Below, in pieces: positions 1 to 12,666 of a stretch of 64,000 bases of DNA; within the stretch, counting starts at the first letter, position 1, and each line of letters starts with the position of its first letter. The notes beneath the pieces are model-generated. The model was not told the origin of the DNA. It ran no database searches and saw only the letters and a program-made list of their open reading frames with translations. Both the position numbers and the translations under genes were made by a program. The DNA comes from the human T2T-CHM13v2.0 reference genome, Homo sapiens. The stretch is from NCBI RefSeq assembly GCF_009914755.1, contig NC_060925.1. One strand, 5' to 3'.

Positions 1-127
1 TTGTAAATTCGACAAAAAGAGTGTTTCAAGCCTGCTCTCTGTAAAGGATCCTTCAACTCTGTGAGTTGAATACACACAACACAAGGAAGTTACTGAGAAT
101 TATTCTGTCTAGCATAATATGAAGAAA

Positions 128-144
128 TCCCGTTTCCAACGAAG
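128..144 (-). promoter_or_regulatory. CENP-B box (first of ~188, one per 340-bp dimer, last near 63719)
   Basis: + strand tcccgtttccaacgaag = reverse complement CTTCGTTGGAAACGGGA, the canonical 17-bp CENP-B box with core nTTCGnnnnAnnCGGGn. Confidence 0.97.
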
Positions 145-1657
145 GCCTCAAAGAGGTCTGAATATCCACTTGCAGACTTTACAAACAGAGTGTTTCCTAA
201 CTGCTCTATGAGAAGAAAAGTTAAACTCTGTGAGTTGAACGCACACATCACAAAAGATTTTCTGAGAATCATTCTGTCTAGTCTTTATATGAAGATAGTT
301 TCCTTTTCTACCATTGACCTCAAAGCGGCTGAAATCTCCACTTGCAAATTCCACAAAAAGAGTGTTTCAAGTCTGCTCTGTGTAAAGGATCGTTCAACTC
401 TGTGAGTTGAATACACACAACACAAGGAAGTTACTGAGAATTCTTCTGTCTAGCAGAATATGAAGAAATCCCGTTTCCAACGAAGGCCACAAGATGTCAG
501 AATATCCACTTGCAGACTTTGCAAACAGAGTGTTTCCTAACTGCTCTATGAACAGAAAGGTTAAACTCTGTGAGTTGAACGAACTCATCACAACGCAGTT
601 TGTGGGAATGATTCTGTCTAGTTTTGAAACGAAGATATTTCCTTTTCTGCCGTTGACCTTAAAGCGCTTGAAATCTACACTTGCAAATTGCACAAATAGA
701 GTGTTTCAAATCTGCTCTGTCTAAGGGAACGTTCAACTCTGTGAGTTGAATGCACACAACACAAGGAAGTTACTGGGAATTCTTCTGTCTAGCCTTACAT
801 GAAAAAACCCGTTTCCAACGAAGGCCTCTAAGTGGTCAAAATATCCACGTGCAGACTTTACAAACAGAGTGTTTCCAAACCGCTGAATGAAAAGAAAAGT
901 TAAACTCTGAGAGTTGAACGCACACATCACGCAGCAGTTTCTGAGAATGATTCTGTCTAGTTTTTATACGAAGATATTTCCTTTTCTGCCTTTGGCCCCA
1001 AAGCGCTTGAAATCTCCACTTGCAAATTCCACAAAAACAGTGTTTCAAATCTGCTCTCTCTAAATGAAAGTTCAACTCTGTCAGTTGAATACACACAACA
1101 CAAGGAAGTTACTGAGAATTCTTCTGTCTAGCATAATATGAAGAAATCCCGTTTCCAACGAAGGCCTCAAAGGGGTCTGAATATCCACTTGCAGACTTCA
1201 TAAACAGAGTGTTTACTAACTGCTCTATGAAAAGAAAGGTTAAACTCTGTGAGTTGAACACACACATCACAAAGGAGTTTCTGAGAATCATTCTGTCTAG
1301 TTTTTCTACGAAGATATTTCCTTTTCTACTATTGACCTGAAAGCGGCTGAAATCTCCACTTGCAAATTCCACAAAAAGAGTGTTTCAAGTCTGCTCTGTG
1401 TAAAGTATCGTTCAACTCTGTGAGTTGAATACACACAACACAAGGAAGTTACTGAGAATTCTTCTGTCTAGCAGAATAGGAAGAAATCCCGTTTCCAACG
1501 AAGGCCTCAAAGAGGTCTGAATATCCACTTGCAGACTTTACAAACAGAGTGTTTCCTAACTGCTCTATGAAAAGAAAAGTTAAACTCTGTGAGTTGAACG
1601 CACACATCACAAAGGAGTTTATGAGAATCATTCTGTCTAGTCTTTATACGAAGATAT

Positions 1658-1675
1658 TTCCTTTTCTACCATTGA
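1658..1675 (-). promoter_or_regulatory. A-type monomer box (pJ-alpha-box-like), representative copy
   Basis: Reverse complement TCAATGGTAGAAAAGGAA occupies the position homologous to the CENP-B box in the alternate monomer. It resembles the A-box/pJ-alpha motif. Binding cannot be shown from sequence. Confidence 0.6.
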
Positions 1676-4600
1676 CCTCAAAGCGGCTGAAATCTCCACT
1701 TGCAAATTCCACAAAAAGAGTGTTTCAAGTCTGTTCTGTGTAAAGGATCGTTCAACTCTGTGAGTAGAATACACACAACACAAGGAAGTTACTGAGAATT
1801 CTTCTGTCTAGCAGAATATGAAGAAATCCCGTTTCCAACGAAGGCCTCAAGGAGGTCTGAATATCCACTTGCAGACTTTACAAACAGAGTGTTTCCTAAA
1901 TGCTCTATGAACAGAAAGGTTAAACTCTGTGAGTTGAACGCACACATCACAAAGGAGTTTCTGAGAATCATTCTGTCTAGTCTTTATACGAAGATATTTA
2001 CTTTTCTACCATTGACTTCAAAGCGGCTGAAATCTCCACTTGCAAATTCCACAAAAAGAGTGTTTCAAGTCTGCTCTGTGTAAAGGATCGTTCAACTCTG
2101 TGAGTTGAATACACACAACACAAGGAAGTTACTGAGAATTCTTCTGTCTAGCAGAATAGGAAGAAATCCCGTTTCCAACGAAGGCCTCAAAGAGGTCTGA
2201 ATATCCACTTGCAGACTTTACAAACAGAGTGTTTCCTAACTGCTCTATGAAAAGAAAAGTTAAACTCTGTGAGTTGAACGCACACATCACAAAGGAGTTT
2301 CTGAGAATCGTTCTGTCTAGTTTCTATAGGAAGATATTTCCTATTCTACCATTGACCTCAAAGCGGCTGAAATCTCCACTTGCAAATTCCACAAAAAGAA
2401 TGTTTCAAGTCTGCTCTGTGTAAAGGATCGTTCAACTCTGTGAGTTGAATACACACAACACAAGGAAGTTACTGAGAATTATTCTGTCTAGCATAATATG
2501 AAGAAATCCCGTTTCCAGCGAAGGCCTCAAAGAGGTCTGAATATCCACTTGCAGACTTTACAAACAGAGTGTTTCCTAACTGCTCTATGAAAAGAAAAGT
2601 TAAACTCTGTGAGTTGAACGCACACATCACAAAGGAGTTTATGAGAATCATTCTGTCTAGTCTTTATACGAAGATATTTCCTTTTCTACCATTGACCTCA
2701 AAGCGGCTGAAATCTCCACTTTCAAATTCCACAAAAAGAGTGTTTCAAGTCTGCTCTGTGTAAAGGATCGTTCAACTCTGTGAGTAGAATACACACAACA
2801 CAAGGAAGTTACTGAGAATTCTTCTGTCTAGCAGAATATGAAGAAATCCCGTTTCCAACGAAGGCCTCAAGGAGGTCTGAATATCCACTTGCAGACTTTA
2901 CAAACAGAGTGTTTCCTAACTGCTCTATGAAAAGAAAGGTTAAACTCTGTGAGTTGAACGCACACATCACAAAGGAGTTTCTGAGAATCATTCTGTCTAG
3001 TTTCTATAAGAAGATATTTCCTATTCTACCATTGACCTCAAAGCGGCTGAAATCTCCACTTGCAAATTCGACAAAAAGAGTGTTTCAAGCCTGCTCTCTG
3101 TAAAGGATCCTTCAACTCTGTGAGTTGAATACACACAACACAAGGAAGTTACTGAGAATTATTCTGCCTAGCATAATATGAAGAAATCCCGTTTCCAACG
3201 AAGGCCTCAAAGAGGTCTGAATATCCAATTGCAGACTTTACAAACAGAGTGTTTCCTAACTGCTCTATGAGAAGAAAAGTTAAACTCTGTGAGTTGAACG
3301 CACACATCACAAAAGATTTTCTGAGAATCATTCTGTCTAGTCTTTATATGAAGATAGTTTCCTTTTCTACCATTGACCTCAAAGCGGCTGAAATCTCCAC
3401 TTGCAAATTCCACAAAAAGAGTGTTTCAAGTCTGCTCTGTGTAAAGGATCGTTCAACTCTGTGAGTTGAATACACACAACACAAGGAAGTTACTGAGAAT
3501 TCTTCTGTCTAGCAGAATATGAAGAAATCCCGTTTCCAACGAAGGCCACAAGATGTCAGAATATCCACTTGCAGACTTTACAAACAGAGTGTTTCCTAAC
3601 TGCTCTATGAACAGAAAGGTTAAACTCTGTGAGTTGAACGAACACATCACAACGCAGTTTGTGGGAATGATTCTGTCTAGTTTTGAAACGAAGATATTTC
3701 CTTTTCTGCCGTTGACCTTAAAGCACTTGAAATCTACACTTGCAAATTGCACAAATAGAGTGTTTCAAATCTGCTCTGTCTAAGGGAACGTTCAACTCTG
3801 TGAGTTGAATGCACACAACACAAGGAAGTTACTGGGAATTCTTCTGTCTAGCCTTACATGAAAAAACCCGTTTCCAACGAAGGCCTCTAAGTGGTCAAAA
3901 TATCCACGTGCAGACTTTACAAACAGAGTGTTTCCAAACCGCTGAATGAAAAGAAAATTTAAGCTCTGAGAGTTGAACGCACACATCACGCAGCAGTTTC
4001 TGAGAATGATTCTGTCTAGTTTTTATACGAAGATATTTCCTTTTCTGCCTTTGGCCCCAAAGCGCTTGAAATCTCCACTTGCAAATTCCACAAAAACAGT
4101 GTTTCAAATCTGCTCTCTCTAAATGAAAGTTCAACTCTGTCAGTTGAATACACACAACACGAGGAAGTTACTGAGAATTCTTCTGTCTAGCATAATATGA
4201 AGAAATCCCGTTTCCAACGAAGGCCTCAAAGGGGTCTGAATATCCACTTGCAGACTTTATAAACAGAGTGTTTACTAACTGCTCTATGAAAAGAAAGGTT
4301 AAACTCTGTGAGTTGAACACACACATCACAAAGGAGTTTCTGAGAATCATTCTGTCTAGTTTTTCTACGAAGATATTTCCTTTTCTACTATTGACCTGAA
4401 AGCGGCTGAAATCTCCACTTGCAAATTCCACAAAAAGAGTGTTTCAAGTCTGCTCTGTGTAAAGGATCGTTCAACTCTGTGAGTTGAATACACACAACAC
4501 AAGGAAGTTACTGAGAATTCTTCTGTCTAGCAGAATAGGAAGAAATCCCGTTTCCAACGAAGGCCTCAAAGAGGTCTGAATATCCACTTGCAGACTTTAC

Positions 4601-7600
4601 AAACAGAGTGTTTCCTAACTGCTCTATGAAAAGAAAAGTTAAACTCTGTGAGTTGAACGCACACATCACAAAGGAGTTTCTGAGAATCGTTCTGTCTAGT
4701 TTCTATAGGAAGATATTTCCTATTCTACCATTGACCTCAAAGCGGCTGAAATCTCCACTTGCAAATTCCACAAAAAGAATGTTTCCAGTCTGCTCTGTGT
4801 AAAGGATCGTTCAACTCTGTGAGTTGAATACACACAACACAAGGAAGTTACTGAGAATTATTCTGTCTAGCATAATATGAAGAAATCCCGTGTCCAACGA
4901 AGGCCTCAAAGAGGTCTGAATATCCACTTGCACACTTTACAAACAGAGTGTTTCCTAACTGCTCTATGAAAAGAAAAGTTAAACTCTGTGAGTTGAACGC
5001 ACACATCACAAAGGAGTTTATGAGAATCATTCTGTCTAGTCTTTATACGAAGATATTTCCTTTTCTACCATTGACCTCAAAGCGGCTGAAATCTCCACTT
5101 GCAAATTCCACAAAAAGAGTGTTTCAAGTCTGCTCTGTGTAAAGGATCGTTCAACTCTGTGAGTAGAATACACACAACACAAGGAAGTTACTGAGAATTC
5201 TTCTGTCTAGCAGAATATGAAGAAATCCCGGTTCCAACGAAGGCCTCAAGGTGGTCTGAATAACCACTTGCAGACTTTACAAACAGAGTGTTTCCTAACT
5301 GCTCTATGAACAGAAAGGTTAAACTCTGTGAGTTGAACGCACACATCACAAAGGAGTTTCTGAGAATCATTCTGTCTAGTCTTTATACGAAGATATTTTC
5401 TTTTCTACCATTGACTTCAAAGCGGCTGAAATCTCCACTTGCAAATTCCACAAAAAGAGTGTTTCAAGTCTGCTCTGTGTAAAGGATCATTCAACTCTGT
5501 GAGTTGAATAAACACAACACAAGGAAGTTACTGAGAATTATTCTGTCTAGCATAATATGAAGAAATCCCGTTTCCAACGAAGGCCTCAAAGAGGTCTGAA
5601 TATCCACTTGCAGACTTTACAAACAGAGTGTTTCCTAACTGCTCTATGAGAAGAAAAGTTAAACTCTGTGAGTTGAACGCACACATCACAAAAGATTTTC
5701 TGAGAATCATTCTGTCTAGTCTTTATATGAAGATAGTTTCCTTTTCTACCATTGACCTCAAAGCGGCTGAAATCTCCACTTGCAAATTCCACAAAAAGAG
5801 TGTTTCAAGTCTGCTCTGTGTAAAGGATCGTCCAATTCTGTGAGTTGAATACACACAACACAAGGAAGTTACTGAGAATTCTTCTGTCTAGCAGAATATG
5901 AAGAAATCCCGTTTCCAACGAAGGCCACAAGTTGTCAGAATATCCACTTGCAGACTTTACAAACAGAGTGTTTCCTAACTGCTCTATGAACAGAAAGGTT
6001 AAACTCTGTGAGTTGAACGAACACATCACAACGCAGTTTGTGGGAATGATTCTGTCTAGTTTTGAAACGAAGATATTTCCTTTTCTGCCGTTGACCTTAA
6101 AGCGCTTGAAATCTACACTTGCAAATTGCACAAATAGAGTGCTTCAAATCTGCTCTGTCTAAGGGAACGTTCAACTCTGTGAGTTGAATGCACACAACAC
6201 AAGGAAGTTACTGGGAATTCTTCTGTCTAGCCTTACATGAAGAAAACCCGTTTCCAACGAAGGCCTCTAAGTGGTCAAAATATCCACGTGCAGACTTTAC
6301 AAACAGAGTGTTTCCAAACCGCTGAATGAAAAGAAAAGTTAAACTCTGAGAGTTGAACGCACACATCACGCAGCAGTTTCTGAGAATGATTCTGTCTAGT
6401 TTTTATACGAAGATATTTCCTTTTCTGCCTTTGGCCCCAAAGCGCTTGAAATCTCCACTTGCAAATTCCACAAAAACAGTGTTTCAAATCTGCTCTCTCT
6501 AAATGAAAGTTCAACTCTGTCAGTTGAATACACACAACACAAGGAAGTTACTGAGAATTCTTCCGTCTAGCATAATATGAAGAAATCCCGTTTCCAACGA
6601 AGGCCTCAAAGGGGTCTGAATATCCACTTGCAGACTTTATAAACAGAGTGTTTACTAACTGCTCTATGAAAAGAAAGGTTAAACTCTGTGAGTTGAACAC
6701 ACACATCACAAAGGAGTTTCTGAGAATCATTCTGTCTAGTTTTTCTACGAAGATATTTCCTTTTCTACTATTGACCTGAAAGCGGCTGAAATCTCCACTT
6801 GCAAATTCCACAAAAAGAGTGTTTCAAGTCTGCTCTGTGTAAAGGATCGTTCAACTCTGTGAGTTGACTACACACAACACAAGGAAGTTACTGAGAATTC
6901 TTCTGTCTAGCATAATATGAAGAAATCCCGTTTCCAACGAAGGCCTCAAAGAGGTCTGAATATCCACTTGCAGACTTTACAAACAGAGTGTTTCCTAACT
7001 GCTCTATGAAAAGAAAAGTTAAACTCTTTGAGTTGAACGCACACATCACAAAGGAGTTTCTGAGAATCATTCTGTCTAGTCTTTATACGAAGATATTTCC
7101 TTTTCTACCATTGACCTCAAAGCGGCTGAAATCTCCACTTGCAAATTCCACAAAAAGAGTGTTTCAAGTCTGCTCTGTGTAAAGGATCGTTCAACTCTGT
7201 GAGTTGAATACACACAACACAAGGAAGTTACTGAGAATTCTTCTGTCTAGCAGAATATGAAGAAATCCCGTTTCCAACGAAGGCCTCAAGGAGGTCTGAA
7301 TATCCACTTGCAGACTTTACAAACAGAGTGTTTACTAACTGCTCTATGAAAAGAAAGGTTAAACTCTGTGAGTTGAACACACACATCACAAAGGAGTTTC
7401 TGAGAATCATTCTGTCTAGTTTTTCTACGAAGATATTTCCTTTTCTACTATTGACCTCAAAGCGGCTGAAATCTCCACTTGCAAATTCCACAAAAAGAGT
7501 GTTTCAAGTCTGCTCTGTGTAAAGGATCGTTCAACTCTGTGAGTTGAATACACACAACACAAGGAAGTTACTGAGAATTCTTCTGTCTAGCAGAATATGA

Positions 7601-8329
7601 AGAAACCCCGTTTCCAACGAAGGCCTCAAGGAGGTCTGAATATCCACTTGCAGACTTTACAAACAGAGTGTTTCCTAACTGCTCTATGAAAAGAAAAGTT
7701 AAACTCTGTGAGTTGAACGCACACATCACAAAGGAGTTTCTGAGAATCATTCTGTCTAGTCTTTATACGAAGATATTTCCTTTTCTACCATTGACCTCAA
7801 AGCGGCTGAAATCTCCACTTGCAAATTCCACAAAAAGTGTGTTTCAAGTCTGCTCTGTGTAAAGGATCGTTCAACTCTGTGAGTAGAATACACACAACAC
7901 AAGGAAGGTACTGAGAATTCTTCTGTCTAGCAGAATATGAAGAAATCCCGTTTCCAACGAAGGCCTCAAGGAGGTCTGAATATCCACTTGCAGACTTTAC
8001 AAACAGAGTGTTTCCTAACTGCTCTATGAACAGAAAGGTTAAACTCTGTGAGTTGAACGCACACATCACAAAGTAGTTTCTGAGAATCATTCTGTCTAGT
8101 CTTTATACGAAGATATTTACTTTTCTAACATTGACTTCAAAGCGGCTGAAATCTCCACTTGCAAATTCCACAAAAAGAGTGTTTCAAGTCTGCTCTGTGT
8201 AAAGGATCATTCAACTCTGTGAGTTGAATAAACACAACACAAGGAAGTTACTGAGAATTCTTCTGTCTAGCAGAATATGAAGAAATCCCGTTTCCAACGA
8301 AGGCCACATGATGTCAGAATATCCACTTG

Positions 8330-11000
8330 CAGACTTTACAAACAGAGTGTTTCCTAACTGCTCTATGAACAGAAAGGTTAAACTCCGTGAGTTGAACGAA
8401 CACATCACAACGCAGTTTGTGGGAATGATTCTGTCTAGTTTTGAAACGAAGATATTTCCTTTTCTGCCGTTGACCTTAAAGCGCTTGAAATCTACACTTG
8501 CAAATTGCACAAATAGAGTGTTTCAAATCTGCTCTGTCTAAGGGAACGTTCAACTCTGTGAGTTGAATGCACACAACACAAGGAAGTTACTGGGAATTCT
8601 TCTGTCTAGCCTTACATGAAAAAAACCCGTTTCCAACGAAGGCCTCTAAGTGGTCAAAATATCCACGTGCAGACTGTACAAACAGAGTGTTTCCAAACCG
8701 CTGAATGAAAAGAAAAGTTAAACTCTGAGAGTTCAACGCACACATCACGCAGCAGTTTCTGAGAATGATTCTGTCTAGTTTTTATACGAAGATATTTCCT
8801 TTTCTGCCTTTGGCCCCAAAGCGCTTGAAATCTCCACTTGCAAATTCCACAAAAACAGTGTTTCAAATCTGCTCTCTCTAAATGAAAGTTCAACTCTGTC
8901 AGTTGAATACACACAACACAAGGAAGTTAATGAGAATTCTTCTGTCTAGCATAATATGAAGAAATCCCGTTTCCAACGAAGGCCTCAAAGGGGTCTGAAT
9001 ATCCACTTGCAGACTTTATAAACAGAGTGTTTACTAACTGCTCTATGAAAAGAAAGGTTAAACTCTGTGAGTAGAACACACACATCACAAAGGAGTTTCT
9101 GAGAATCATTCTTTCTAGTTTTTCTACGAAGATATTACCTTTTCTACTATTGACCTCAAAGCGGCTGAAATCTCCACTTGCAAATTCCACAAAAAGAGTG
9201 TTTAAAGTCTGCTCTGTGTAAAGGATCGTTCAACTCTGTGAGTTGAATACACACAACACAAGGAAGTTACTGAGAATTCTTCTGTCTAGCAGAATATGAA
9301 GAAATCCCGTTTCCAACGAAGGCCTCAAAGAGGTCTGAATATCCACTTGCAGACTTTACAAACAGAGTGTTTCCTAACTGCTCTATGAAAAGAAAGGTTA
9401 AACTCTGTGAGTTGAACGCACACATCACAAAGGAGTTTCTGAGAATCGTTCTGTCTAGTTTCTATAGGAAGATATTTCCTATTCTACCATTGACCTCAAA
9501 GCGGCTGAAATCTCCACTTGCAAATTCCACAAAAAGAATGTTTCAAGTCTGCTCTGTGTAAAGGATCGTTCAACTCTGTGAGTTGAATACACACAACACA
9601 AGGAACTTACTGAGAATTCTTCTGTCTAGCAGAATATGAAGAAATCCCGTTTCCAACGAAGGCCTCAAGGAGGTCTGAATATCCACTTGCAGACTGTATA
9701 AACAGAGTGTTTCCTAACTGCTCTATGAACAGAAAGGTTAAACTCTGTGAGTTGAACGAACACATCACAACGCAGTTTGTGGGAATGATTCTGTCTAGTT
9801 TTGAAACGAAGATATTTCCTTTTCTGCCGTTGACCTTAAAGCGCTTGAAATCTACACTTGCAAATTGCACAAATAGAGTGTTTCAAATCTGCTCTGTCTA
9901 AGGGAACGTTCAACTCTGTGAGTTGAATGCACACAACACAAGGAAGTTACTGGGAATTCTTCTGTCTAGCCTTACATGAAAAAAACCCGTTTCCAACGAA
10001 GGCCTCTAAGTGGTCAAAATATCCACGTGCAGACTTTACAAACAGAGTGTTTCCAAACCGCTGAATGAAAAGAAAAGTTAAACTCTGAGAGTTCAACGCA
10101 CACATCACGCAGCAGTTTCTGAGAATGATTCTGTCTAGTTTTTATACGAAGATATTTCCTTTTCTGCCTTTGGCCCCAAAGCGCTTGAAATCTCCACTTG
10201 CAAATTCCACAAAAACAGTGTTTCAAATCTGCTCTCTCTAAATGAAAGTTCAACTCTGTCAGTTGAATACACACAACACAAGGAAGTTAATGAGAATTCT
10301 TCTGTCTAGCATAATATGAAGAAATCCCGTTTCCAACGAAGGCCTCAAAGGGGTCTGAATATCCACTTGCAGACTTTATAAACAGAGTGTTTACTAACTG
10401 CTCTATGAAAAGAAAGGTTAAACTCTGTGAGTTGAACACACACATCACAAAGGAGTTTCTGAGAATCATTCTTTCTAGTTTTTCTACGAAGATATTTCCT
10501 TTTCTACTATTGACCTCAAAGCGGCTGAAATCTCCACTTGCAAATTCCACAAAAAGAGTGTTTCAAGTCTGCTCTGTGTAAAGGATCGTTCAACTCTGTG
10601 AGTTGAATACACACAACACAAGGAAGTTACTGAGAATTCTTCTGTCTAGCAGAATAGGAAGAAATCCCGTTTCCAACGAAGGCCTCAAAGAGGTCTGAAT
10701 ATCCACTTGCAGACTTTACAAACAGAGTGTTTCCTAACTGCTCTATGAAAAGAAAGGTTAAACTCTGTGAGTTGAACGCACACATCACAAAGGAGTTTCT
10801 GAGAATCGTTCTGTCTAGTTTCTATAGGAAGATATTTCCTATTCTACCATTGACCTCAAAGCGGCTGAAATCTCCACTTGCAAATTCCACAAAAAGAATG
10901 TTTCAAGTCTGCTCTGTGTAAAGGATCGTTCAACTCTGTGAGTTGAATACACACAACACAAGGAAGTTACTGAGAATTCTTCTGTCTAGCAGAATATGAA
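8330..11000 (-). repeat. Tandem duplication of an 8-mer variant (B-C-D-E, 1360 bp)
   Basis: Rare variants recur at +1360: gttcaacgca (8731/10091), aagttaatgag (~8930/10290), ctttctag (9111/10471). Confidence 0.88.
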
Positions 11001-12666
11001 GAAATCCCGTGTCCAACGAAGGCCTCAAAGAGGTCTGAATATCCACTTGCACACTTTACAAACAGAGTGTTTCCTAAATGCTCTATGAAAAGAAAAGTTA
11101 AACTCTGTGAGTTGAACGCACACATCACAAAGGAGTTTCTGAGAATCATTCTGTCTAGTCTTTATACGAAGATATTTCCTTTTCTACCATTGACCTCAAA
11201 GCGGCTGAAATCTCCACTTGCAAATTCCACAAAAAGAGTGTTTCAAGTCTGCTCTGTGTAAAGGATCGTACAACTCTGTGAGTTGAATACACACAACACA
11301 AGGAAGTTACTGAGAATTCTTCTGTCTAGCAGAATATGAAGAAATCCCGTTTCCAACGAAGGCCTCAAGGAGGTCTGAATATCCACTTGCAGACTGTATA
11401 AACAGAGTGTTTCCTAACTGCTCTATGAACAGAAAGGTTAAACTCTGTGAGTTGAACGAACACATCACAACGCAGTTTGTGGGAATGATTCTGTCTAGTT
11501 TTGAAACGAAGAAATTTCCTTTTCTGCCATTGACCATAAAGCGCTTGAAATCTACACTTGCAAATTGCACAAATAGAGTGTTTCAAATCTGCTCTGTCTA
11601 AGGGAACGTTCAACTCTGTGAGTTGAATGCACACAACACAAGGAAGTTACTGGGAATTCTTCTGTCTAGCCTTACATGAAGAAAACCCGTTTCCAACGAA
11701 GGCCTCTAAGAGGTCAAAATATCCACGTGCAGACTTTACAAAGAGAGTGTTTCCAAACCGCTGAATGAAAAGAAAAGTTAAACTCTGAGAGTTGAACGCA
11801 CACATCACGCAGCAGTTTCTGAGAATGATTCTGTCTAGTTTTTATACGAAGATATTTCCTTTTCTGCCTTTGGCCCCAAAGCGCTTGAAATCTCCACTTG
11901 CAAATTCCACAAAAACAGTGTTTCAAATCTGCTCTCTCTAAATGAAAGTTCAACTCTGTCAGTTGAATACACACAACACAAGGAAGTTACTGAGAATTCT
12001 TCTGTCTAGCATAATATGAAGAAATCCCGTTTCCAACGAAGGCCTCAAAGGGGTCTGAATATCCACTTGCAGACTTTATAAACAGAGTGTTTACTAACTG
12101 CTCTATGAAAAGAAAGGTTAAACTCTGTGAGTTGAACACACACATCACAAAGGAGTTTCTGAGAATCATTCTGTCTAGTTTTTCTACGAAGATATTTCCT
12201 TTTCTACTATTGACCTCAAAGCGGCTGAAATCTCCACTTGCAAATTCCACAAAAAGAGTGTTTCAAGTCTGCTCTGTGTAAAGAATCGTTCAACTCTGTG
12301 AGTTGAATACACACAACACAAGGAAGTTACTGAGAATTCTTCTGTCTAGCAGAATATGAAGAAATCCCGTTTCCAACGAAGGCCTCAAGGAGGTCTGAAT
12401 ATCCACTTGCAGACTTTACAAACAGAGTGTTTCCTAACTGCTCTATGAACAGAAAGGTTAAACTCTGTGAGTTGAACGCACACATCACAAAGGAGTTTCT
12501 GAGAATCATTCTGTCTAGTCTTTATACGAAGATATTTACTTTTCTACCATTGACCTCAAAGCGGCTGAAATCTCCACTTGCAAATTCCACAAAAAGAGTG
12601 TTTCAAGTCTGCTCTGTGTAAAGGATCCTTCAACTCTGTGAGTTGAATACACACAACACAAGGAAG

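Noticed and set aside
842-852. E-box CACGTG in C dimers
   Set aside because: A 6-bp motif arising from one substitution (cacttg to cacgtg), with nothing in the sequence supporting a regulatory role.
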